Origin: Octopus sinensis | Lineage: Eukaryota | Direction: 5' to 3' | NCBI RefSeq assembly: GCF_006345805.1 | Contig: NC_042999.1 | Location: 163,122,001 to 163,186,000, forward strand | Length of the DNA stretch: 64,000 nt | Part shown: positions 12,059-22,675 of the stretch, in pieces | Numbering within the stretch: the stretch's first letter is position 1 | Layout of the letters: each line of letters starts with the position of its first letter | The notes under the pieces: generated by a model | Seen by the model: only the letters and a program-made list of their open reading frames with translations | Told to the model about the DNA's origin: nothing | Databases searched by the model: none | Program-made: the position numbers and the translations under genes

Positions 12059-12559
12059 CGCGAGATATAAATGAAATACTTACTCATACCCATGGAAGAA
12101 GCAAGCACCAAGTCCTGAGCAGACTTAAGACACACACATAGACTTACATATATATACAATTGATTTCTTTCAGTTTGTGTCTACAAAATGCAGTGACAAG
12201 GCTTTGGTTGGTCTGAGGCTACAGCAGAAGACACATGCCAAGTTACCTCACAGTGGGACTGAACTCAGGACCATGTGTTTTGGAACCAAGTTTGTTACCA
12301 CACAGCCACACCTGCACCTATGTATGTGGGTGTGTGTGTGTATGGGTGTATATATGTATGCATGTATATATGTGTATATATATCCTAGGACCCCCCAAAA
12401 CCTTGTGAGTAGATTTGATAGACAGAAACTGAAAGAAGGCCACTGTATATATGTGTGTATGGATGTTCTTTCTTTAATTTAGAGTAAATTTTGACCTGCC
12501 ACCTACTTGATAGCAAGGTTGTAAAGGAAAGCATCTTGTTTTGTTCATCATCTTTTACA

Positions 12560-12770
12560 TCTTTTAGATGGTCTTGCAGATTTCTATAGTCCTAGATATT
12601 GTGATCTTTGTACTGTATGAATTAAGGATTTGCATTTTCTCCTCAGGAACCCTAGTTCAGCCACACTTTGCTCTAGACAGGTTGGGATGTATCCTGCTGC
12701 TCCAATAATAATTGGTATGAAGCCAAAACTGTATCTTATATATGTATGTTTGTATGTGTGCATGCTTACA
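12560..12770 (-). mobile_element. Degraded 3' end of a REL-endonuclease LINE (R4/NeSL-like)
   Basis: Translation FIPIIIGAAGYIP...VQRSQYLG resembles the PIIIGALG...QK..LLGT C-terminus of REL LINEs. Confidence 0.5.
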
Positions 12771-12824
12771 CACACATCTGTGTGTAAGTATATATGTATA
12801 TGCATATGTGAACATATATGTCTA

Positions 12825-13062
12825 GCACCTGTGCGGGTGGCATGTTTGCCAGCTCCATCTGGCACCTGTGCGGGTGGCACGTAAAAAGCACCCACTACAC
12901 TCACGGAGTGGTTGGCGTTAGGAAGGGCATCCAGCCGTAGAAACACTGCCAGATCAGACTGGGCCTGATGCCGCCTTCTGGCTTCACAGACCCCAGTTGA
13001 ACCGTCCAACTCATGCTAGCATGGAAAGCGGACGCTAAATGATGATGATGATGATGATGATG
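12825..13062 (+). mobile_element. RTE 3'UTR and tail fragment
   Basis: GGTTGGCGTTAGGAAGGGCATCC motif and (ATG)n tail. Confidence 0.8.
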
Positions 13063-13457
13063 TATGCGCGTTTTACTATCTCCTTGCCTTGATATTGGAC
13101 AATGGTAGTAAGCAAGTGTCACTGTCATGCAAGAGGTGTTTTTCATTTCCAATCTGCTATGTGAACATGTATGGGCACAGTGAAATTTTACTTGAAAATA
13201 GATGAGGGTTGGCAACAGGAAGGGCATCCAGGTATATGTCTGATTCATGTTGGCCTGGAAAAGTGGCTGTTTCATACCACACATTGTGTGGATATTTTCA
13301 ACTGATGCAACCATATCTGATTTGTCAAGTGCTTCAATTCTGTGTGTATACATATATTTACTCGATTGCTGACATTTAGCAATGGTTTCACGCATTGTTA
13401 TATGTCATTTTCTATCATAAATAAAACTGTCTGTATTTTGACAATACGGGTATGCTA

Positions 13458-13510
<53 letters not shown>

Positions 13511-13512
<2 letters not shown>

Positions 13513-13665
13513 GGAGTAAACACATAAATGTGAAACAAGGTGGAAAAAAGAGTACTCAAATACCAGTGGTAGAGTAATATGCTTTATTTAAAGCAGCAAA
13601 AAATTCAACAAAACGGGAAACTCAGAGTAACAGGTTTTGTTGAATTTTCTGCTGCTTTAAATAAA
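13511..13665. mobile_element. Short insert in (TA)n ending in a 32-bp inverted repeat; probably PLE-derived
   Basis: Arms at 13583-13614 and 13634-13665 (1 mismatch, 19-nt spacer), with (TA)n on both sides. Confidence 0.5.
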
Positions 13666-13711
<46 letters not shown>

Positions 13712-13747
13712 GCATATATTATATATATAATATATATACACAGGCAT

Positions 13748-13778
<31 letters not shown>

Positions 13779-13839
13779 TATATACACAGGCATATATATA
13801 TATATATAATATATATATATATATATTATATACACAGGC

Positions 13840-13874
<35 letters not shown>

Positions 13875-13881
13875 ATACACA

Positions 13882-13920
<39 letters not shown>

Positions 13921-13956
13921 GCATATATATATATATATATATATTATATATACACA

Positions 13957-14007
<51 letters not shown>
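13666..14007. repeat. (TA)n-based minisatellite with a recurring CACAGGC core
   Basis: Read directly from the sequence. Confidence 0.9.
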
Positions 14008-14009
<2 letters not shown>

Positions 14010-14519
14010 CACACACACACAGACATATATACACATACATACATATAGCAGTTGGAAGTACCACCGCAATTGGTAGAGCACAATAGAATCATTTTACGTT
14101 ATCTAATATGTTACCTTTGCATTTTTGTTTCAAATCCTAATCAGTCGTGCCTTTGATTCCTCTGTGCTTGATAAAACAATATCAGATACTGCAGTTGATT
14201 CGACCTCCATTAGAAAATTGCCCTTATGCTTGCGTAGTCGAAAGTATCTTTCACCAGGATCATGGCAAGTGAACCTATTCTTTTTCTTTTCTAACTCCTC
14301 CCTTATTTGACGGACCCGTAGACGAATTTTGCAATTGATATAAAGGAAGTTTAATGAAATACTCGCACCATAATAAAACAGGTTTATTGTCGTCTGGTGC
14401 TTTTTCTTCCTTCTCTTTGTTTTAAATTAGAATTCATTACTATTCATTAATTACTGAGTAAAATTAGCTACTTTTAATTTAAAGTTTACATTCTCTTATT
14501 CTCTCATATGTAGGTATAA

Positions 14520-14560
14520 GTGCGCGCGTGTTTGGGGGCGGAAGCCAACGTGACAGTAAC
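14520..14560 (+). promoter_or_regulatory. Candidate promoter of the TESK gene
   Basis: GCGCGCG, an overlapping GC-box/ETS-like GGGGGCGGAAG and CAACGTGAC cluster in AT-rich, TE-free DNA about 1.65 kb upstream of the ATG. The TSS itself is not shown by the sequence. Confidence 0.4.
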
Positions 14561-16191
14561 ACCCAACCTAATTATCAATGATCATACTCAATGATTTAGT
14601 GCCAAGGAATAACAATATTTACATCGTTATAAATATTCTATGGGATAAACATCGAATTGATGAATTCTTCTGTTTATTGACGTTCATATTCCACCACCAA
14701 ACCTTATGTTTTGAGCACACCTGTCAAAGATTTTCTTTTTTTGTCTAACAGAGATTTTAATAATGCTACAAAACTCTGATTATCTTGTCTTTTTTATCTG
14801 ATATCTTCCAAATAGTTTCATGTAAAAACTTGAAACTATAGTGAAAGCTGCCACTTTCAGAATGGTTTGTATCTATTCTCTTTCTGTTTATTTACAACTT
14901 ATCAGTCAAACTCTGCACACTCCAGTCACATAGTCTTAAAACTTAGTTTCATTCCTTTTGTTTTTCAGTTTCGAGACCGACCCACCTGGAATATATCTGT
15001 ATGCGTGTGTGCGCTGTTTTCTTAATTCTGTCCAGCCGTGTTTTAAAGATTTCTAGCAATTAGACAGCAGTGACGTTTGCTTATAAAAATTTATCTTAAC
15101 AATATTTACAGGTATTTCGTCTCATTTCAGATAAGAATAGAACTAAAAACTAGAATCGACAGGTTTTGTTGTTCTTCATGGAAAGTTGATGAGGGGGGAA
15201 GAGAATCCTAACTAAATAAGCGATTTATTTTTTCATGTCTGTGTGGTATTTATTTTGAGTTAGATCATTTACTTCACGTGCTGGCTGCTGTTTGTTGCTG
15301 TAGGTAGAAACGGTATACTTTTCGTCGATCTGTTTATAAAAGCGAAATCGCCTTCCTGCTGCTGCTATGTTGCAATTGCCCTCTAACGGAACAACACTCT
15401 AGCTAAACTCTCTTTTGAAATACTCCAGCAATAAATAGGCTCAATTATTTTGAAATGCTTTATACCATCGCATTATATAACTAAGCATTGGGAAATGTTT
15501 AATGTTAAACATTCATCCGAACATTTTGTTAGTATTTCACTCTTATCAGCATTTTAAACAAATAGCTTTTATTCTTTTCTCTCATCATTTCCTTGGAATG
15601 CCAAACGTTAGTGGTCTACTTGGAAAAAAAAAAAAAAAAAAACATTTCACGCACCTAACAGTAGTTGCTGCAGATATTAATGCCAGTCTTGCTTCACAGT
15701 ACCACAGCAACAACCCCCTCCCTTTCTTCGCTGTTGTATGTTTCAGAAAAAATTAAATTTCCTTTTAGAATTTACATTATTGTTTATCGCAAAGGCTTAT
15801 TTTTAATTATCACTTGCAACATAGATATTATTGTACTTTTGATTCTAGTAGGTGAATGACCAATGTGTATATTTATAGAAATACGCAGTCTTTCGCGTCA
15901 TTGACGAATTTTACGTGGGAAGATTTCGCTCTAGCTAACCATTTTGGTACACACTGAAGCTGTTTAGTGTTAATCTTCGATAAGCATATTGTTAAGGTAT
16001 GTGTTCTAGCAAATCCACTTTTACCTTCAAAATGTAACATTAATGAAATAAAAAAATGGAAATAATTGTAACAAGTAATTTGTATTTTTGTATTGTTAAC
16101 ATGAAAACTAATTTTGTTGTCATTCGACCTAACGTTGATTGTATTTTTACATTCGTCTAGGTACCTGTTTCTGATCATAAAATTTTATAGA

Positions 16192-16518
16192 ATGGTTACT
16201 AGTCTCCAAACAGGAGAGAACGGCCAGCCGTTCAGTAGTTATCTTAACGGTCCACCACGGAATCACTTACGTAGTAGTATGAAAGCTGTTCGCAGCCAAA
16301 CCATCGATTTAGGTGAAGAAAGTAGATATTTTGATGATGAAGATGATGATAACGAATCGGATGTCTCAAATAATTTGTGTCAGGCAGCAGGCAGTAGTTA
16401 CCGACCTACAAGCTCGAACTCATGTGAAGCTCTTAAACATGCCGTTTCTGCTCTCACTCGTCTTGATGACTTCATTTGTGAAAAAATTGGAAGAGGCTTC
16501 TTTTCAGAAGTTTACAAG
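16192..16518 (+). CDS. TESK2: Dual-specificity testis-specific kinase (TESK1/2, cdi-like), first coding exon, 109 codons
   Basis: MVTSLQ...[33 protein letters not shown] contains the TESK-type pre-kinase motif and Gly-rich loop. Ends at AAG|GTAAAT, phase 0. Possible acceptors at 16160 and 16190. Invertebrates have a single TESK, so the symbol is by similarity. Confidence 0.93.
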
Positions 16519-18019
16519 GTAAATATATTTACAATTTTAATCTCTTTTTCTTTCATATACTTTCAACAGATGTGTGCAAGATAGGGGACTATTTTGCTTT
16601 TGAAATCTGTATTATTAAGAACAACTTTGCACCAGTTTTAACCTTCCACGCTGCAATTGGTCTTTTGTTTGTGTTTATTCCTTTACTGTGTTTGAATGCT
16701 AAAATTTTGGAGAGCTATTAACGTTTCTAAATCTTCCATATCTTTTTTTTCTGAATGAATGTATTTTAGTAGTAGTTGCTAGAATCTTGGAGAGTGACAG
16801 GGTTGGTGGCTCTGTTTCTTATTTGGACTTCAAATTTTCTTTTGTTCATCTATGTTGGGTTTCTTTCAATCACCAGAAAATAGTTTGGTCGTGTGTTTGG
16901 TGTTAATTTGAGAGTATAATCCATAATGACTGTGATTATAGCACAATGGGGAAAAAATGTCAGATTAAAAGATAAAAAGTTAGAAAATAACTTTATTATC
17001 CAATGTAGAGTAAGATAGATAAGAATTAATATTATTTAGAAACTATATCATTCATCAGATACATTGAGAAGACACATTATCTATAGATGCATGGCGATAC
17101 TAGGTGTCCACATATGTATAAAATATTAGTTATAGATATGTCTGTGTGGTTAAAATATTTGCTTTGCAACCATGTGATTCTGGAATACATTGTACAGTAC
17201 CTTGAGCAGGTGTTTTCTGCTATAACCTTGTGTTGACCAATATCTGAAAAAATTGCACTTTCTTCAAAGTTCTCTGAGATATTTGTTCTGTACAAGTAAA
17301 AGATGTTTCTTACTCTCAAAAATCCCATGAACCAGTGATTAGCCCATTGGTCACCTCCTATAACCAGCAACACTGTTGTTCAGCTACTGCTATATTGAAT
17401 CCTTACTTAGAGCCTTTAGATTCTCTTCAATAAAAAGAAATTAATAAACCATATTGATAATTAATGAGATATACAAATAATTTAGTAAACCAAACTTTAT
17501 TCTAGAAACAAATTCAATTCAAAATTAGAAAACACCTATTAAAAGCGAACTCACCTGACAGAAGAATATATGAGAATCTTATAAAGAAAATCAAACTATA
17601 CAGCATGCATTACAACCAATTATAAACTAGCATTAATAATATATTACAAAAATTAAAAATTTGATCATCATCACCATCCTTATTTAACATCCATGCTGGA
17701 ATGGCTTGGCCTGTTTGACAGGACTTGACTAGCCTGAAGGCTGCATTGGTGTCCAGTGTCTTCTTTGGCAAGGTTTCTACAGCTGGGTACTCTTTCTTGA
17801 CATTAAATCTAATGACATGTTTCTTATTATCTCCCTCTTAAAATAGCTACAATATTCAAAATTATCTCTTCCATGTGATACAGATAAACTCAATATACTC
17901 ACCCAAATTGCTTAAATTGGTACGAGGTGTCAGTTAGATACAAGAAGAGCACAGTCACTTAAATTGACCCGAATACATACAGAAGGTGTAAACTGTGTTT
18001 CTGTTTTGAATGCTACCTT

Positions 18020-18377
18020 AAGCATCAAACTCCAGTTTCTCCTTGTCTACATTTTTTTTCTAATGCCGGTGGCACGTAAAAAGCACCATCCGATCGTGGC
18101 CGATGCCAGTGCCGCCTCGACTGGCTTCCGTGCCAGTGGCACGTAAAATGCACCAATCCGACCGTGGCCGTTGCCAACCTCGCCTGGCGCCTGTGCAGGT
18201 GGCACGTAAAAGGCACCCACTACACTCACGGAGTGGTTGGCGTTAGGAAGGGCATCCAGCTGTAGAAACATTGCCAGATAAGACTGGAGTCTGGTGCAGC
18301 CTTCTGGCTTCCCAGATCCCCGGTCGAACCATCCAACCCATGCTAAAATGGAGAACGGATGTTAAACGATGATGATG
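18020..18377 (+). mobile_element. RTE 3'UTR and tail fragment
   Basis: Same family motifs and (ATG)n tail. Confidence 0.8.
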
Positions 18378-18789
18378 TTCAGGCTAGATATCAGCAGCAT
18401 TGATCTCCCAGTAAATTATGTGGGTACTGCCTTTTCTCTTTGGAGTAACTTATTACAGAAAAAAAACAGTTTGGCTCACATTCCAAATGACTGGAATCGT
18501 ATTATGGTTTGCTGAAAAGTTCGTACAGCTAGATTTCTTTAGTACTTCAAAAATCTGACGTAATTGACTGTTCAAAAGTTGATTCCATCACTACTAATAA
18601 CTCATCTTAGAATGGATTGTTTCAGCACAGCCTTAACTGTGAAGGCCAAAACAAACTAAAGAACTTACCCAGAGAGTTTGCTTTGACAAAAAAAAAAGAA
18701 AAAGAAAAAGAAAATCACACTACACTCACCATTACTAAACATTCTAATATCAGATTCTAGCTTCACAAGTTGGTCAAATATCAAACTCT

Positions 18790-19260
18790 GCTGTTTATTG
18801 ATATTTTTGCATACTTTGGCAGCACTTTGTCCTTATCATTTGTAAAGCTATTAGCAGAATTGTCAAAGCTACTATCACTTTGGATAGATCATCTGGATAA
18901 AGAAGGATTATAAGCTGAAGATCTTCAGAGCTGTTGTTCTGCCAACTTTGCTCTTTGGTAGTGAAATGTGAACTGTTTATAACAGGCACACCAAAATGGA
19001 TGACAGTTGTATTCCAAAATGTTTCTTTTTACAGAAAATTATGTTAAATGTTCAATCAGTGGATAGCACAAATGCTACAAGGACATTCTCAAGACCCTCC
19101 TAAAAGACTTCATCATCAATTGTCATGAGGAGTCTTGCTGCTGAGAGACTTACTTGGTGCAGGCTCAAAAACAGTGCCACTGTATCTAAGAAAATCAGAA
19201 ACTGACAAGCTTAGCAATAGATGATGTTGAGAAAGTCCAGAGCTGCTGGCATATTGCTAA
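18790..19260 (+). mobile_element. Ancient RTE/BovB-like RT C-terminal fossil
   Basis: Degenerate LGSTLS... and HKCYKDILKTL (compare KKRYKDTLK), with many stops. Confidence 0.4.
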
Positions 19261-20506
19261 GAAAGGACTTGCCATCCACTCCCAGACATACCATTTAAGT
19301 GCTTCAAACCGTAAGTTATGACATGATCATTGTCCATGTGGACAGATGAATAAGGATACTTAACTATAGCATGACGTTTTATGGGTACCTGCTTTATATA
19401 CTTATTTTTAATCATGATGTTCTTCCAGAAAACCCGCTGCAATTCTTCCATTGCATATCATATATCTATCCACCCCATCACTGTGTAATCCCAGAATTCC
19501 TTGGATATTCAGGATGTTGAATTTGTGTTTAGGTCTGTCTGACAAAAACAATCCTGAAACACCTTGCAACTACATGTGCAACTTCACTATCCCATACTAT
19601 CCTAAAGTTTTACACTAAACTTTGTCAAATCTGTCTTCAGCTTATGTACCTGAAGTGAATAGAAGCAGAGCAGAAAATCATATCAGCTCTTCAACTCTGT
19701 CCTTATTCCACCAACAAATAATTATATCAGTTAAGTTTCCATAAAGTGTAGTTAACTGAATATTTTCTGAGTCCAGTCAAATAAGTACTAGTAACATTTT
19801 ATTTATTTATTTATTTTATTTTATCTAGTTTCAGCTCACAAGCTGTGGCCATGCTGGGGCACCCCCATTTAATTTTAACTTAATAAATTATACATTTCTA
19901 GCCACAAAAATTATCTTTGTGCTTAATATTTTAATGACAGCCTGTTTGATAAACCATTACAAATACTCAACTCTCAAGGGAGCCTATCTCAGTCAACCTT
20001 CAAATTACATTCTTTGTCTTAAATAAGGACAGCGTGCATTGAATAAGGTAGTCTTAGACATACTTCTAATTAGATAAATTGGTTATAGCTGGAATGCTGG
20101 GTCTGTTCTGTTGGGAGTGACCTGGGAATAGACAACAATATGAGATGTTACTGTCAGTCTCTGCTATGCTTCTGAATTTACATGCTCTGTATCTTCCCTT
20201 AACTCTATCATTTTCAGCTAGGCTACTGACCATGTGGTCATGACTCCAAATTTAAATCCAGCAATTGTGTTCTTGTGCAAAATATTTAATGCACCCTCAG
20301 TCTGTCTGGATGCTAATAGTTTCTACTCCTATATTGTAATTGTATGGTTAGTGGTAAGAAAGAAGTTCAACTAGAAAAATACTTGCTGCTAACCATATTG
20401 CTATAACCATATTGCTAAAATTGCTAAGAACTACTCAATATTGCCAGCATAGATATAAAATGGATTAAAACATTAAAAAAAATACAGAGCACTTAAAATC
20501 TATGTA

Positions 20507-21604
20507 CAGGGTATCCCAAAACTTAGGCAACCAACTTTTTTCAATTTTGCTACAGCAAAATATTGTTATATTTCTGGTCCAATGCAATGGTAAAGGAAAC
20601 ACAATTATGACACTACCACATTTATTCAAGATGATCACCTCTGTCTCAAATCACAGTCTAGGTGCAAATGCTTCACATATGGCATGCAGCTGTTGTTGCA
20701 GAATCATTTCTGGTGCAGTTTTGCCTTCAGAGCTTTGAGCGAAGCATGAGGAGTGCTTGAGACCCTCGTCTCCAGAATGAATCAAACAAAAAAATTCAAT
20801 GGGTTGAGATTGGGGCTTCTTGAGGGCCATACTACCTTGCCTATGAATGACAGAATATTTTTCAAATTCAGTGTTGTGTCTGTTTGGAGTTGTGGGATGG
20901 TGCCAAGTCCTGTTGGAGGCTCCAAATTGCACCTTGAAGGTGCTCATTTGCCTATGGAGGCAGTATGAGTCTACCTTCGATGAAGCCAGATACACTCCAA
21001 AGCTGGTTGCTCTTGTGGTTTACTGTCTGTTTGATGTCAAATTTCTTTTCATCAGTGAATACTAGGTTGGGCAGTAGCTTCAGTAATCTGATGCAGGATA
21101 AGATGACTTCTCTCCAGTCTCATGGCCTTATAAATTTGCATGAGCTCATGACAGTGGACCATCTTGGAGGGGTGGGTCCTGAGATTCTCCTTCAGCACTT
21201 GATACATCAATGTTCAGCTTACTTTTGCTGTGGTAGCCAGTTTTCTGACAGAACAATGAGGCTTTCACCATATCTTTTCTCTGATACTTTTGATGAGCTG
21301 AGGGGTTCACAAACTTCTTTTTTGGCTATGTCCAGGTTGATCAATGGTGGAACCAGTCTCTTAAAATTTCTTGTCAATTTTCCAGACTGTTGTTCAGTTA
21401 AGCATTTTTGCTATAGCTGTATTACTTTTGCCTCTTTTGTGGAGGGTTATGATTGTAGTTTGCTCTATAACCATTATCTTTATTAATCTGAATTTATTTA
21501 GTCTGAAACAAAAAGAAGACACATTAAGCTTTTATGATGTATAATTTTCATATCTTACTACATTTATTGATAGTTATTAAAGCCTGAAACTTGAGGATAC
21601 CCTG
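20507..21604 (-). mobile_element. Tc1/mariner transposon fossil (maT-like) with TIRs and TA TSD
   Basis: TA|CAGGGTATCC ... GGATACCCTG|TA. The minus strand gives WPSRSPNLNPLNFFV..ILETRVSSTPH, a degenerate WPPxSPDLNPLD motif. Confidence 0.8.
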
Positions 21605-21711
21605 TAGTCCAGTTCTAGACTCCTCCTTCCAACATTTGCTGAACACTTGTCTTAATATCCTTGACATTAAACTTGTATTCTATTTGTTATTCTGTGCATT
21701 ATTATTTAATG

Positions 21712-22392
21712 CTGTCAGGCCTCACTGAGGCAATGGCGAAGGACCAAGATCTCTGGAGATATGCTGTGACTGCAAAGACCCGGGCTGCTTCCTGCACCAG
21801 TTCCGCATAGCCCCCTTCCCATTCAAAGTACCCTGGATCCCAGAATGTCCCGCTGTGCTTGAGGAGACCTGTTGAGTCAAGTACATGAACATGAACATCG
21901 AAATAAATATCAATGGAAATAGTAGTTGTGATACCTGTGCCGGTGGCACATAAAAAGCACCATCCGAACGTGGCCGTTGCCAGCTCCGCCTCGACTGGCT
22001 TCTGTGCCCGTAGCACATAAAAAGCACCATCCGAACGTGGCCGATGCCAGCGCCGCCCTGACTGGCTTCTGTGCCGGTGGCACATAAAAAGCACCATCCG
22101 AACGTGGCCATTGCCAGCGCCGCCTTGGCTGGCTTCCATGCCGGTGGCACGTTAAAAGCTCCAACCGATCGTGGCCGATGCCAGACCCCCCCTGGCACCT
22201 GTGCAGGTGGCACGTAAAAAGCACCCACTACACTTGCGGAGTGGTTGGCGTTAGGAAGGGCATCCAGCTGTAGAAACTCTGCCAGATCAGACTGGAGCCT
22301 GGTGTAGCCCCTGGCTTCCCAGACCCTGGTCGAACCGTCCAACCCGTGCTAGCGTGGAAAACGGACGTTAAACGATGATGATGATGATGATT
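21712..22392 (+). mobile_element. RTE 3' fragment with a 67-bp VNTR in the 3'UTR
   Basis: Units start at 21937, 22004, 22071 and 22138. (ATG)n tail. Confidence 0.85.
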
Positions 22393-22675
22393 CCTGTTAA
22401 CCCTTTCATTACTATATTGCTAACCAAAATACACTCCTTATGTATTTCAATTAAATTCTAAAATAATCATGAATTTAGACTGGTTTCATAAAACAACTCT
22501 TAACTTTTTTATCTATCAATATGCTAATATGATTTTGGAATGCAATTTAACCAAATGTTTCATAAGTTTTAACTCAAAGCAAATCTTATGAAACAGTTTT
22601 GATTCAAAGCAATCTAATTACAGGTAAATATTGGTAAATTCAACAAAATATAAATAATTTAAATTTTGTTTAAAC

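Larger units (their letters stand above)
11328..12129 (-). mobile_element. Non-coding tandem repeat, about 465-bp unit, about 1.7 copies visible, one hammerhead per unit (PLE pLTR or retrozyme-like)
   Basis: Offset between copies is 464-465 bp. Identical hammerhead cores at 11578-11584 and 12043-12049. Confidence 0.75.

Noticed and set aside
14314-14322. ACCCGTAGA, similar to the 5' end of miR-100/99
   Set aside because: The match stops after 9 nt and there is no precursor hairpin.
16114-16191. Upstream extension of the TESK ORF given by the ORF track
   Set aside because: It starts at a non-ATG codon and runs through a polypyrimidine and acceptor region. The first in-frame ATG is at 16192.
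21937-22210. Regularly spaced repeats that superficially resemble a CRISPR array
   Set aside because: The units are contiguous with no unique spacers, lie in an RTE 3'UTR, and are in eukaryotic DNA with no cas genes.
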